Shown here: positions 9,540-18,245 of the stretch, piece after piece
Numbering within the stretch: position 1 is the first letter of the stretch
How the letters are laid out: each line of letters opens with the position of its first letter
Source: Opitutaceae bacterium
GTDB lineage: Bacteria > Verrucomicrobiota > Verrucomicrobiia > Opitutales > Opitutaceae
DNA length: 64,000 nucleotides
Direction: 5' to 3'
Assembly (NCBI GenBank): GCA_003151515.1
Contig: PLXS01000037.1
Span: 71,978 to 135,977, forward strand
Made by a program: the position numbers and the translations under genes
The notes under the pieces: model-generated
Database searches by the model: none
What the model was told of the DNA's origin: nothing
Seen by the model: only the letters and a program-made list of their open reading frames with translations

Positions 9540-10289
9540 ATGGCCGCCCCCGAACGCGCCGACGGACGCCGGCATGATGAGATGCGTCCCGTCTCCCTGG
9601 AGCCCGACATAGCGCCCCACGCGACGGGCTCGGTCCTCGTGCGCTACGGCAGCACGCAGGTGATTTGTGCGGCCACGGTCGAGGCGGGCGTGCCCACGTG
9701 GATGAAGCAGCAGGGCGTCAAGGGAGGGTGGCTTACGGCCGAATACTCCATGCTCCCCTACTCCACCCATGAGCGCAAGGCGCGCGACATAAGCAAGGGC
9801 CGTCTGGACGGCAGAACGGTCGAGATCCAGCGCCTGATCGGGCGCTCCCTGAGGGCGGTCATCGACCTGGACAGGCTGGGCCAGAACACGCTCTGGGTCG
9901 ACTGCGACGTCCTGCAGGCCGACGGGGGCACGCGCACGGCCTCGATAACCGGGGCCTACGTCGCGGCGCGCATGGCAGTGCAGAGGCTGATCGACGCGGG
10001 GTCCCTGAGGGAGAACCCGCTCAACGACTCCGTAGCCGCCGTCAGCGCAGGCCTCTTGGGCGACGTCCCGATGCTCGACCTCGCCTACACGGAGGACAAG
10101 AACGCCCAGGTCGACTTCAATATCGTCATGACGGGCCAGGGCCGATTCGTCGAGGTGCAGGGCACGGGCGAGGAGTCCACCTTCAGCCAGGCCCAGCTAG
10201 ACGAGCTCCTCGGCCTCGCCCAGAAGGGCCTGCGGGAGATCTCCGCGATCCAGGCGGCCTTCCTCGCCAAGCGCCTGCTGGCAAAGTGA
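9540..10289 (+). CDS. rph: ribonuclease PH
   Basis: 249 aa, with 'RADGRRHDEMRPV...GSVLVRYGSTQVICAA...CDVLQADGGTRTASITGA' typical of RNase PH. Confidence 0.95.
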   Translation: MAAPERADGRRHDEMRPVSLEPDIAPHATGSVLVRYGSTQVICAATVEAGVPTWMKQQGVKGGWLTAEYSMLPYSTHERKARDISKGRLDGRTVEIQRLIGRSLRAVIDLDRLGQNTLWVDCDVLQADGGTRTASITGAYVAARMAVQRLIDAGSLRENPLNDSVAAVSAGLLGDVPMLDLAYTEDKNAQVDFNIVMTGQGRFVEVQGTGEESTFSQAQLDELLGLAQKGLREISAIQAAFLAKRLLAK

Positions 10290-10293
10290 GGCC

Positions 10294-12135
10294 GTGGCCC
10301 TGTCGGCGAAGCACTATCGCTGGACGTGGCACTTCCGGTCGCCCCCTGCGGCGCTCTGGCCGCTAGTCTCAAACACGGACAGGTTCAACCGCGACTGCGG
10401 GCTGCCCCCCTTCGAGGTCAGAAAGCATGCCGAGGGAGAGCCCGCGCCGGAGCTCGGCGTTCGCCGGCTGCGCTCGGTGTACCTGGGAATCGTCGGCGAG
10501 TGGGAGGAGCGCGAGTTCGAGTGGGTGCAGCCCCTGCGCTTCGCGGTGCAGCGCTCGTTCACCCAGGGCCCGCTCGCGAGCATGGTGCAGTCATGCGAGC
10601 TCGCCCCGAACGACCGGGGCGGCACCAGGCTCGCCTACGAGATGCGCATCGTGCCGCGCAACCTCCTAGGCGCAGCCATCGTCCCCATCGCGGTAGGAGT
10701 CAGGATGCGCCGCGCGGCCGGACGCGTCCTCATGCGCTACGACGAGGCCGCGCAGAGGGGCTCGGCAATCCCCGACCAGGGACGGCCGCCCTCGATGGCC
10801 GCGCTCACCCGAAGGAGGCTGGCCCCGATCGCCTCGAGACTCGCCACCGAGGAGCGCCAGCCCGGCTCGCTCGTCGAGCGCCTCTGTGGCTTCATCTCGT
10901 CGGCCGACGACCTGTCCGCCTCCAAGATCCGCCCCTATGCCCTCGCCGACGCCTGGGGTGCCAGCCGGCGCGAGACGCTCGACCTGTTCCTGAACGCAAC
11001 CCGGGCCGGCATGCTCGACCTGAGCTGGGAGGTGCTCTGCCCGCATTGCCGAGGTTCGCGCCATGGGGGGCCTAGCCTCGAGTCCGTCCGCTCGCAGGCC
11101 CACTGCGACTCCTGTGGGATAGACTTCACCATCAACTTCGACCAGTCGGTGGAGCTCACGTTCTCGCCGAACCCGAACGTGCGCCAGGTGGCCCGGCTGC
11201 AGTACTGCGTGGGCGGGCCGCAGGTGACCCCCCATGTCGTCGCCCAGAAGCGCCTCGGACCCGGCGAGTGCCTGTTCATCGCGATGTCGTATCCGCAGGG
11301 GCGCTACCGGATTCGCACCCAGGGCAGCGACATCCAGCACGCCTTCCGCGTCGAGCGCGACGGCCAGGCGTCCGTGACCATCAGGATCGAGCCCGGGCCG
11401 GCCCCCTCGACGGAGCCGGCGATCGCCCCGGACGGCGTCCTCACCATCCAGACCGCGGATGGCGCCGGGCGCATGGTCGTGATCGAGCGGGTCGCCTGGA
11501 CCGACCAGTCGGTCAGCGCGGCCGCCGTGACCTCCCGCCAGACCTTCCGCGACCTCTTCTCGCGGGAGATCCTGCGCCAGGGCGAGAGGATATCGGTCGG
11601 CGCGATGACGATCGTCTTCACCGACCTGAAGAATTCCACGCGCCTGTACCGCGAGATCGGCGACGCCCCGGCCTTCGGTCGCGTCCTGGACCACTTCGCC
11701 ATGCTGAAGGCCGCCGTCTCGGAGGGCGGCGGGGCCGTGATCAAGACGATGGGCGACGCGGTTATGGCGACGTTCACGGAGCCCGTCGCGGCGCTGCGCG
11801 CCATGCGCAGGGCCCAGGCGCGGCTGGCCAGGGCCGACGGCGGGCTCGAGCCCCTCGCGCTCAAGTGCAGCATCCACCGGGGGCCCTGCCTGGCGATCAG
11901 CCAGAACGAGCACCTGGACTACTTCGGAACCACCGTAAACGTCTGCTCTCGGCTCTGCTCCCTGTCGACGGGAGCGGACATTGTCGTGACGGGCCAGGTC
12001 CTCGCCGACGCCGATGTCGCCGCAACTTTCGTCGACCCGGCCTTGGGGCTCGCCGCGACCCGCGACGCCTCGCCCCTAAGGGGCATGGGCGACGCGCCGT
12101 TCGAGTTCTGGAGGGTCGCCGGGCCCGCTTTTTAG
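10294..12135 (+). CDS. class III adenylate/guanylate cyclase with N-terminal SRPBCC-like and 4-Cys middle domains
   Basis: 613 aa with a GTG start. The C-terminal cyclase core has 'IVFTDLKNSTRLY' and 'KTMGDAVMATF'. The middle region has 'CPHCRG...HCDSCG'. Confidence 0.8.
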   Translation: MALSAKHYRWTWHFRSPPAALWPLVSNTDRFNRDCGLPPFEVRKHAEGEPAPELGVRRLRSVYLGIVGEWEEREFEWVQPLRFAVQRSFTQGPLASMVQSCELAPNDRGGTRLAYEMRIVPRNLLGAAIVPIAVGVRMRRAAGRVLMRYDEAAQRGSAIPDQGRPPSMAALTRRRLAPIASRLATEERQPGSLVERLCGFISSADDLSASKIRPYALADAWGASRRETLDLFLNATRAGMLDLSWEVLCPHCRGSRHGGPSLESVRSQAHCDSCGIDFTINFDQSVELTFSPNPNVRQVARLQYCVGGPQVTPHVVAQKRLGPGECLFIAMSYPQGRYRIRTQGSDIQHAFRVERDGQASVTIRIEPGPAPSTEPAIAPDGVLTIQTADGAGRMVVIERVAWTDQSVSAAAVTSRQTFRDLFSREILRQGERISVGAMTIVFTDLKNSTRLYREIGDAPAFGRVLDHFAMLKAAVSEGGGAVIKTMGDAVMATFTEPVAALRAMRRAQARLARADGGLEPLALKCSIHRGPCLAISQNEHLDYFGTTVNVCSRLCSLSTGADIVVTGQVLADADVAATFVDPALGLAATRDASPLRGMGDAPFEFWRVAGPAF

Positions 12136-12180
12136 CGTGCCCAAAGGGGCACTAATCTGCAACAATGGGCGTGATCGTCC

Positions 12181-13362
12181 ATGAACATACACGAGTATCA
12201 GGCCAAGGCCCTGTTTGAGAAGTTTGGCGTCCCGGTGCCCAAGGGCGCCGCGGCGAAGACTCCCGAGGAGTTCATAAACGCCCTCGCCGAGCTTCCGGAG
12301 GGGCCGACCATGGTGAAGTCACAGATCCATGCCGGCGGCCGCGGCAAGGGCGTGTTCAAGGACGGCTACAAGGGGGGCGTCAGGTTCTGCGCCAGCAAGG
12401 CCGAGGCGAAGGAGTCCGCCGGGCGCATGCTGGGCAACACGCTGGTCACGCTGCAGACCGGCCCGGCGGGCCGCAAGGTGCAGACGATCTATTTCACCGT
12501 CGCGAACAAGATCAAGAGCGAGTACTACCTCGCGATCCTGCTCGACCGCGCGCACTCTCGCCCGGTGATCGTCGCCTCGACCGAGGGCGGAGTAGAGATC
12601 GAGAAGGTGGCCCGCGAGACCCCGGAGAAGATATTCAAGGTGCTCGTGGACCCCGCGATCGGCCTCGCCGACTACCAAGTGCGCGAGCTGGTGACGAAGC
12701 TTCGCCTTGCGGGCCCGGAGGCGAAGAACGGCTCCCGCCTGATCCGCGCCCTGTTCAACCTGTACTGGGAGTCGGACGCGACGATGGTCGAGGTTAACCC
12801 GCTCATCACGACACCGACGGGCGAGGTCCTCGCGCTCGACGCCAAGGTCTCGTTCGACGACAACGCGCTTTACCGCCACCCGGAGATCGTCGCCCTGCGC
12901 GACCTGAACGAGGAGGACCCAAAGGAGGTCGAGGCCTCGAGGCACGGCCTCAACTACATCGCGCTCGACGGCAACATCGCGTGCCTGGTCAACGGGGCGG
13001 GCCTGGCGATGAGCACGATGGACATCATCAAGTATTTCGGCGGCAACCCCGCGAACTTCCTGGACGTCGGGGGCGGCGCAACGAAGGAGCAGGTGGTTGA
13101 GGCGTTCAAGATCATCCTCGGCGACCCCAACGTGAAGGGCATCTTTGTCAACATCTTCGGCGGGATCATGGACTGCGACGTGATCGCGAAGGGCATCGTT
13201 GAGGCGGTCCGGGAGGTGGGCCTGCGCCTGCCGCTCGTCGTGCGCCTGGAAGGCAACAACGTCGTCGCCGGGAAGGCGACGCTGGCGGCCTCGGGGCTCA
13301 CGATCACCTCGGGCGACTCGATGGCCGACGCCGCCCGGAAGATCGTCAAGCTCGTCGCCTAG
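12181..13362 (+). CDS. sucC: succinate--CoA ligase subunit beta
   Basis: 393 aa, starting '[20 protein letters not shown]', with '[12 protein letters not shown]' and '[14 protein letters not shown]'. Confidence 0.95.
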   Translation: MNIHEYQAKALFEKFGVPVPKGAAAKTPEEFINALAELPEGPTMVKSQIHAGGRGKGVFKDGYKGGVRFCASKAEAKESAGRMLGNTLVTLQTGPAGRKVQTIYFTVANKIKSEYYLAILLDRAHSRPVIVASTEGGVEIEKVARETPEKIFKVLVDPAIGLADYQVRELVTKLRLAGPEAKNGSRLIRALFNLYWESDATMVEVNPLITTPTGEVLALDAKVSFDDNALYRHPEIVALRDLNEEDPKEVEASRHGLNYIALDGNIACLVNGAGLAMSTMDIIKYFGGNPANFLDVGGGATKEQVVEAFKIILGDPNVKGIFVNIFGGIMDCDVIAKGIVEAVREVGLRLPLVVRLEGNNVVAGKATLAASGLTITSGDSMADAARKIVKLVA

Positions 13363-13408
13363 GGCGAGGGGCCGAAGCAAGGAACCCAGCAAGCACAGCA
13401 ACCGCCCC

Positions 13409-13777
13409 ATGAGCATCAAGGTCAAGGAGGTAGCCTTCATCTTCCACCCCGTGTCCGACATCGCGCGGGCGCGCCAATTCTATGAGGGGCTGCTCGGCCT
13501 GAGGGCGGGAACGCAGGGAGAGTTCGCACCCGGGACGTGGTGGATCGAGTACGACGTCGGGGGCACCGCGCTCGCCGTGTCCAACGTATCGGCGCCGAGC
13601 GGGGAAGCCGGGGCCATCCTGGCGCTCGAGGTCGCCGACCTCGACGCGTCGCTTGCGGAGGTCAAGGCGGCCGGCGTCACCCTGACGCTCGAAGTCCAAG
13701 ATTTCCCGCCGTGCCGCATGTTCGAGATCAAGACGGCCGACGGGCACAAGATCATGCTCCACCAGCGCAAGGCCTAG
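13409..13777 (+). CDS. VOC (glyoxalase/bleomycin-resistance) family protein
   Basis: 122 aa from the ATG at 13409. '[20 protein letters not shown]' is the typical VOC N-terminal beta-alpha-beta motif. Confidence 0.7.
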   Translation: MSIKVKEVAFIFHPVSDIARARQFYEGLLGLRAGTQGEFAPGTWWIEYDVGGTALAVSNVSAPSGEAGAILALEVADLDASLAEVKAAGVTLTLEVQDFPPCRMFEIKTADGHKIMLHQRKA

Positions 13778-13809
13778 GCCAGGCTCCCCTTCTTCCCCCT
13801 TTCAATCCC

Positions 13810-14733
13810 ATGGCGATTCTCATAACTCCCGAAACCAAGATCCTGGTTCAGGGCATCACGGGCGACTTTGGCGGCCGCCACGCGAGGCTCTCACTCGACT
13901 ACGGAACGCACGTCGTGGCCGGGGTGACCCCGGGCAAGGGCGGCCAGTTTTTCGAGCACGGCGCCTTCCGGGTGCCGATATTCAACTCGGTCGCGGACGC
14001 CGCGGGGGCGACCGGCGCCACGGTCTCCGCCATATTCGTGCCGCCGCCCTTCGCGGCCGACGCGATCCTTGAATGCACCGACGCGGGTCTCGACCTTGCG
14101 GTAGCCATCACGGAGGGCATTCCAATCAAGGACATGGTGCGCGTGAAGCGCGCCATGGTCGGCAAGGCGATGCGCCTTGTGGGCCCCAACTGCCCCGGCG
14201 TCGTGACCCCGGGCTCCGGCGAGTTTTCGAGCGGCGGCTGCAGGATCGGGATCGCCCCGGGATACATTCACAGGAAGGGGCATGTCGGCGTCGTCTCGCG
14301 CTCGGGCACCCTGACCTACGAGGCGGTCTACCAGCTGACGGTGCGCTCGATCGGCCAGACCACGAGCGTGGGCATCGGCGGCGATCCGGTGAACGGAACG
14401 TCGCACCTGGACGCCATCCGCATGTTTAACGACGACCCCGAGACCCGCGGGATCGTGATGATCGGCGAGATCGGGGGCAATGCCGAGGTGGAGGCCGCCC
14501 GCTGGATCAAGGCGAACTGCAAGAAGCCCGTCGCCGGCTTCATTGCCGGCGCAACGGCGCCGGCGGGCCGGCGCATGGGCCACGCCGGCGCGATAGTCGG
14601 CGGGGCTGAGGACACCGCCGCTGCCAAGATCGCCGTTTTCAAGGAATGCGGCATCGAGGTGGCGGTCACGCCCTCGGACATGGCCGACGCGCTGATCAGG
14701 GCGGCCAAGGCGCGCGGCGTATCGCTCGCCTAG
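13810..14733 (+). CDS. sucD: succinate--CoA ligase subunit alpha
   Basis: The ATG at 13810 gives '[18 protein letters not shown]'. 'SRSGTLTYE' and 'MGHAGAIV' (the phosphohistidine loop) are present. Confidence 0.95.
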   Translation: MAILITPETKILVQGITGDFGGRHARLSLDYGTHVVAGVTPGKGGQFFEHGAFRVPIFNSVADAAGATGATVSAIFVPPPFAADAILECTDAGLDLAVAITEGIPIKDMVRVKRAMVGKAMRLVGPNCPGVVTPGSGEFSSGGCRIGIAPGYIHRKGHVGVVSRSGTLTYEAVYQLTVRSIGQTTSVGIGGDPVNGTSHLDAIRMFNDDPETRGIVMIGEIGGNAEVEAARWIKANCKKPVAGFIAGATAPAGRRMGHAGAIVGGAEDTAAAKIAVFKECGIEVAVTPSDMADALIRAAKARGVSLA

Positions 14734-15506
14734 GACTCCGACGGCGGCTGCAGGCGGTGCTCGATCAGCTTCGCGCGCTTGTAGAACGAGTTTTCGAACC
14801 TGAGCATCGCGATCACCAGGCCGGGGCCTCCGTCGAGGAAGCCGAGCTGCAGGACGTACGACTTGAAGAAGGCCCACTTGGCGCGAAACAGCGCCTTAGC
14901 GTAGCCTGAGGAAGCTGCCTCCCTCTCCTGGCGCGCGACGCCGAGGCTCGTGTACCTGTTCATCTTGCCTATCGCCTCGGCAAGCGTGCGGTAGGGAATC
15001 TGCACGATGGGGCTGTCCATCTTCCCGACCTTGCCGTGCACCTCCCACCCCTCGTGGACGTCGTCCTGCGCGGCGTAGCTCATCTTGCCGCGCCGAAAGA
15101 GCTGGGGCTGGCGGTAGTCCGGGTACCAGCCGCCGTGGCGGATCTTGCGCCCGAGGAGGTAATTCTGCCTCGGCACCAGGTAGGCGTCGGCCGAGCGCGG
15201 ATCGGCGACGATCCGCAGAATCTCGTCGCGCGCCTCGGGCGTGCATCGCTCGTCGGAGTCGAGGCTGAAGATCCAGGGCTGCGTCGTGTGGGCGATCCCG
15301 GCCTGGCGCAGCTCGCCGAACTTCGTGAACGGCGCCTGGACAACCCTAACGCCGTGCTTGGCCGCGATCTCGAGCGTCCGGTCCGTGCTGGACGAATCGA
15401 TGAGCACGACCTCGGCGGCCCAGGACACGCTCTCGAGCGCCGGGCCGATCTTCTGCTCCTCGTTCCGCGAGAGGATGAATACGGATACCGGGGGTTTGGA
15501 CTCCAT
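14730..15506 (-). CDS. glycosyltransferase family 2
   Basis: 258 aa, with '[14 protein letters not shown]...[12 protein letters not shown]...FSLDSDE', the GT-A fold DxD context. Confidence 0.85.
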   Translation of the reverse strand: MESKPPVSVFILSRNEEQKIGPALESVSWAAEVVLIDSSSTDRTLEIAAKHGVRVVQAPFTKFGELRQAGIAHTTQPWIFSLDSDERCTPEARDEILRIVADPRSADAYLVPRQNYLLGRKIRHGGWYPDYRQPQLFRRGKMSYAAQDDVHEGWEVHGKVGKMDSPIVQIPYRTLAEAIGKMNRYTSLGVARQEREAASSGYAKALFRAKWAFFKSYVLQLGFLDGGPGLVIAMLRFENSFYKRAKLIEHRLQPPSES

Positions 15507-15530
15507 GGCGGCGGGCTCGGTGCCGAAGGT

Positions 15531-16472
15531 TCAGACCTTTCCCGCGGCAGAGCGAGCGATTTGATAGAGGTAGCCGCAGCAGCGCCACGCCCGAACGAGA
15601 GCGCGCTTGGCGGAGCCCGAGCGCAGGACCAGGGCCGAGCCGAGCGCGAGCAGCAGGAACCCCGCGAGCTTGAGCAGGCTCCCCGCTGCCCGCGAGGCAA
15701 GGTAGGTGGCCGCCGAGCCGTCCACGCGCAGCGCGCGACTGCGGTCGGCGACGCGCGAGCGGGCCGAGTCGAACGCGTGGCGGGCCGCATACCTGAAGGT
15801 GAGGCGGCCGCTTGGGATCTGGTGGAGCACCCTCGCTTCGGGGACGAACCACACCTCCAGCCCCGCGGAGCGGATGCGCCTGATCATCTCGCTGTCACCG
15901 CCGCCGAAAAGGCTCGCGCCCTTGCGGTCCAGATGCGTGTCGAACAGCCCGAATCTCTCGAACACCCATTTGGGGAAGGCGAAGTTTGCGCCCATCGGCG
16001 CCTGGCCGGCGCCGAGCGCGCCGGCCTTGCTCCTGAAGGCCAGGGGACCGTGCGATCCCTCGAGCCACGCGGGAATCCCGTCCGGGAACACGGGGACCAC
16101 CTCGCCTCCGGCAACCCCGATGCGGCGTGCGCCATCGCCCGCAAGCGGCGCGACAAGGGCTCCAAGCCAGCCGGCTTCGGCCAGGATGTCGTCGTCGGCA
16201 AGAACCAGAATGTCGCCTTTGGATTCGGCCACAGCCCGGTTTCGACCGTGGTCGAGGCCCTGGCGCGTCTCGAGGACGCGGCGGGGAGTGGGCGCGGCTC
16301 CCGAGAACGACGCAATCACCTCCGCCGTGTCGTCGGTCGAATTGTTGTCAATGACGAGGAGCTCCCAGCGATCCGCTGGGAAGGCCTGCCGTGTGACCGT
16401 CGCAAGGGTCTCCCGCAGGAACCGCGAGCGGTTGAAGGTGACAATGGCGACGGTTACGAACGGGTTTGGCAT
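15531..16472 (-). CDS. glycosyltransferase family 2
   Basis: The internal ATG at 16472 gives 'MPNPFVTVAIVTFNRSRFL...VIDNNSTDDT...LADDD'. The longer ORF start adds a non-GT leader. Confidence 0.8.
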   Translation of the reverse strand: MPNPFVTVAIVTFNRSRFLRETLATVTRQAFPADRWELLVIDNNSTDDTAEVIASFSGAAPTPRRVLETRQGLDHGRNRAVAESKGDILVLADDDILAEAGWLGALVAPLAGDGARRIGVAGGEVVPVFPDGIPAWLEGSHGPLAFRSKAGALGAGQAPMGANFAFPKWVFERFGLFDTHLDRKGASLFGGGDSEMIRRIRSAGLEVWFVPEARVLHQIPSGRLTFRYAARHAFDSARSRVADRSRALRVDGSAATYLASRAAGSLLKLAGFLLLALGSALVLRSGSAKRALVRAWRCCGYLYQIARSAAGKV

Positions 16473-16571
16473 CAATGGGTCGGCGCAGTCGGATGTGTCT
16501 TCAAACTGATAACCAACGAGTTGCAATAAACCAAGCCCTAATGCGAAAAAAACTCTGGACGGCCGCGCCGA

Positions 16572-16716
16572 GCCTTCCATGATTCGACCCGCATCAGGAA
16601 CGAGCCGGCCCTAAGAAGCCGGTTCCGCCAACCGGGCCGGGAGCGGCCACGGTGGATCGGGCGAAAGCCCGGATGTGCGAGGCCGAAAGGCTTCGAACCT
16701 AAACGCTCCCGAAGGC
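16572..16716 (+). ncRNA. unclassified structured RNA element (riboswitch-like leader or small RNA)
   Basis: Outer helix 16572-16577/16711-16716. Hairpin 16602-16609/16618-16625. Seven-bp helix 16639-16645/16704-16710 encloses two GAAA-tetraloop hairpins (16658-16671 and 16679-16694). A terminator follows 3 nt downstream. Confidence 0.4.
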
Positions 16717-16719
16717 GAT

Positions 16720-16752
16720 GACCGACCTGATGCCAGGTCGGTCTTTTGCTTT
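16720..16752 (+). terminator. rho-independent terminator
   Basis: A perfect 10-bp stem, GACCGACCTG (16720-16729) with CAGGTCGGTC (16734-16743), has a 4-nt loop and is followed by TTTTGCTTT. No + strand CDS lies upstream to terminate. Confidence 0.75.
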
Positions 16753-16795
16753 CAGCCCTGCTGCGCGATTCAATCCACAAAGATCATCACGCACC

Positions 16796-17020
16796 ATGAC
16801 AAGCACAGCCGAACACACCGGAATCCGCATTGCCGCTGACAATCCGAACCACCACCTGTGGAACAACCACGGGACCTGGTTCCTGCACTACACCGTCCAT
16901 CCGACACCCTTCACCAAGGAGCGGATCCGCAGGTCCCTGGGCACCAAGGATATCAGTGTTGCCCGCACACGCCGGGATACCTTTTTCTCCCATCTGTTCG
17001 CCAAGCAGGCGGCCGCCTGA
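16796..17020 (+). CDS. small protein resembling the N-terminal arm of a tyrosine integrase (possible gene remnant)
   Basis: 74 aa from the ATG at 16796. 'GTWFLHYTV...KERIRRSLGTKDISVARTRRD' resembles integrase N-termini, but no catalytic domain follows. Confidence 0.4.
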   Translation: MTSTAEHTGIRIAADNPNHHLWNNHGTWFLHYTVHPTPFTKERIRRSLGTKDISVARTRRDTFFSHLFAKQAAA

Positions 17021-18232
17021 TCAGCGCAGGGCCGGGCTGGCGGCCGCGCCCACGGGCCGGTCGAAGGCGACCATGATCTCGGACCCAACGGAGTCCGCGA
17101 GCAGCCGCCCCTTTGGCAGGAGCCGCACCCGGGACCCGTCCTGGCGCGCCATCCCCTCCTCAACGAGGCGCCCGACGAGCGCCTCGACCCTCGCCCATTG
17201 GGCGTCCGGGCAGCGGGCCTTGACCGGCACCAGGTCCACGCCGGCGTTCATCCTGAGGCCGAAAACGAGCGCATCCTCGGCGAGCAGCGCTTGCGTGAGC
17301 TCGCAGACATCCTCGGTCGCCCGCAGGCCCCGGCCGACGCGCTCCGCCCACAGGCCCAGGTCCGCGACGTTCGAACCCCTGCGGCCGCGGTGCTGGGACG
17401 CGGCCGACGGGCCGAGCCCCACCCATTCGCACATCATCCAGGTGTTCAGGTTGTGCGCACAGGCGTGGCCCTCGCGGGCGAAGTTCGAGACCTCGTACTG
17501 GGCATAGCCGGCCGCGCCCAGCCTCTCCCACGTGCGCTCGTACATCCGGGCCTCGTTCTCGGGGTCAAGCCGCACGCGGCCCTGGGATAGCTTGACCCAC
17601 AGCGCCGTGTCCTCCTCGAACGTCAAGCAGTAGGTCGAGATGTGGTCGGGCGCCAGCGAGACGGCCTCGTCTATGTCGTCCTCCCACTCCGACTCGCTCT
17701 GCCCGGGCAGCGCGAACATCAGGTCAAGGTTCACACTCGCGAAGCCCGCGGATCTGACCCGCTCGTAGGCGCGGTACGCCTGGTCGCGCGTGTGCGCCCT
17801 TCCCAGGGCCTCGAGGAGGGCGGGCCGGAAGCTCTGGACCCCGAGCGAGATCCGCGTCACCCCCGCGGCCTTGAGCACCCCGAGGCGGGCATCGGTCACC
17901 GACGCCGGCGCGAGCTCCACCGTCCACTCCGCGGGGGACGCCCCACCGGGGATCGCGTGAACGACCTCGGCAAGGCGCCCGAGGTCGCGCGGGGAGAGCA
18001 GTCCAGGCGTCCCGCCGCCCCAGAAGACGGTCGACAGGGGCCGCTCCCAGCCAACGAGGGCGGACTCGGCCCGCGCGCACTGTATGAAGCCCCTTATCGT
18101 GTCGGCGGTCGGCTTGACCTGGTAAAAGGCGCAGAAGTCGCAGGTGCTCGCGCAGAACGGCACATGGACATAGAGGCCGAGCGCACCGGCGTCCTCAGCT
18201 TTGGCTTGCTCCTCCATGGTGACACGCGTCAT
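17021..18232 (-). CDS. hemW: radical SAM family heme chaperone HemW / oxygen-independent coproporphyrinogen-III oxidase-like
   Basis: Radical-SAM motif 'YVHVPFCASTCDFCAFY' is present. The start is probably 18232 or 18217. The 487-aa ORF start would overrun the divergent lipoprotein gene. Confidence 0.85.
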   Translation of the reverse strand: MTRVTMEEQAKAEDAGALGLYVHVPFCASTCDFCAFYQVKPTADTIRGFIQCARAESALVGWERPLSTVFWGGGTPGLLSPRDLGRLAEVVHAIPGGASPAEWTVELAPASVTDARLGVLKAAGVTRISLGVQSFRPALLEALGRAHTRDQAYRAYERVRSAGFASVNLDLMFALPGQSESEWEDDIDEAVSLAPDHISTYCLTFEEDTALWVKLSQGRVRLDPENEARMYERTWERLGAAGYAQYEVSNFAREGHACAHNLNTWMMCEWVGLGPSAASQHRGRRGSNVADLGLWAERVGRGLRATEDVCELTQALLAEDALVFGLRMNAGVDLVPVKARCPDAQWARVEALVGRLVEEGMARQDGSRVRLLPKGRLLADSVGSEIMVAFDRPVGAAASPALR

Positions 18233-18245
18233 TAATAGCGCCGAA

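Noticed and set aside
10294-12135. Cyclase gene as a Pycsar/CBASS-type antiphage signalling module.
   Set aside because: No effector gene (TM, TIR, nuclease or patatin) is adjacent. The neighbours are rph and sucC. The architecture is that of a sensor cyclase with N-terminal ligand-binding domains.
12137-12152. GTGCCC-AAAG-GGGCAC hairpin after the cyclase gene as a terminator.
   Set aside because: It is a 6-bp stem with no following U-tract on either strand, which is too weak to call.
16556-16752. Attempts to classify the structured RNA as a cobalamin, ykkC/guanidine-I, fluoride or TPP riboswitch, SRP RNA, 6S RNA, tmRNA or tRNA.
   Set aside because: Only short block-wise resemblances were found (for example GGUUCCG, CCACGG, GAAAGCCCGG, UAAACGCUC), and their spacing is inconsistent with those consensus structures. 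The branched fold is unlike 6S or SRP hairpins, and there is no T-arm or acceptor stem. It is left unclassified.
16718-17020. 100-aa version of the small ORF starting at ATG 16718.
   Set aside because: That start lies inside the terminator hairpin (16720-16743). The downstream ATG at 16796 is more plausible.
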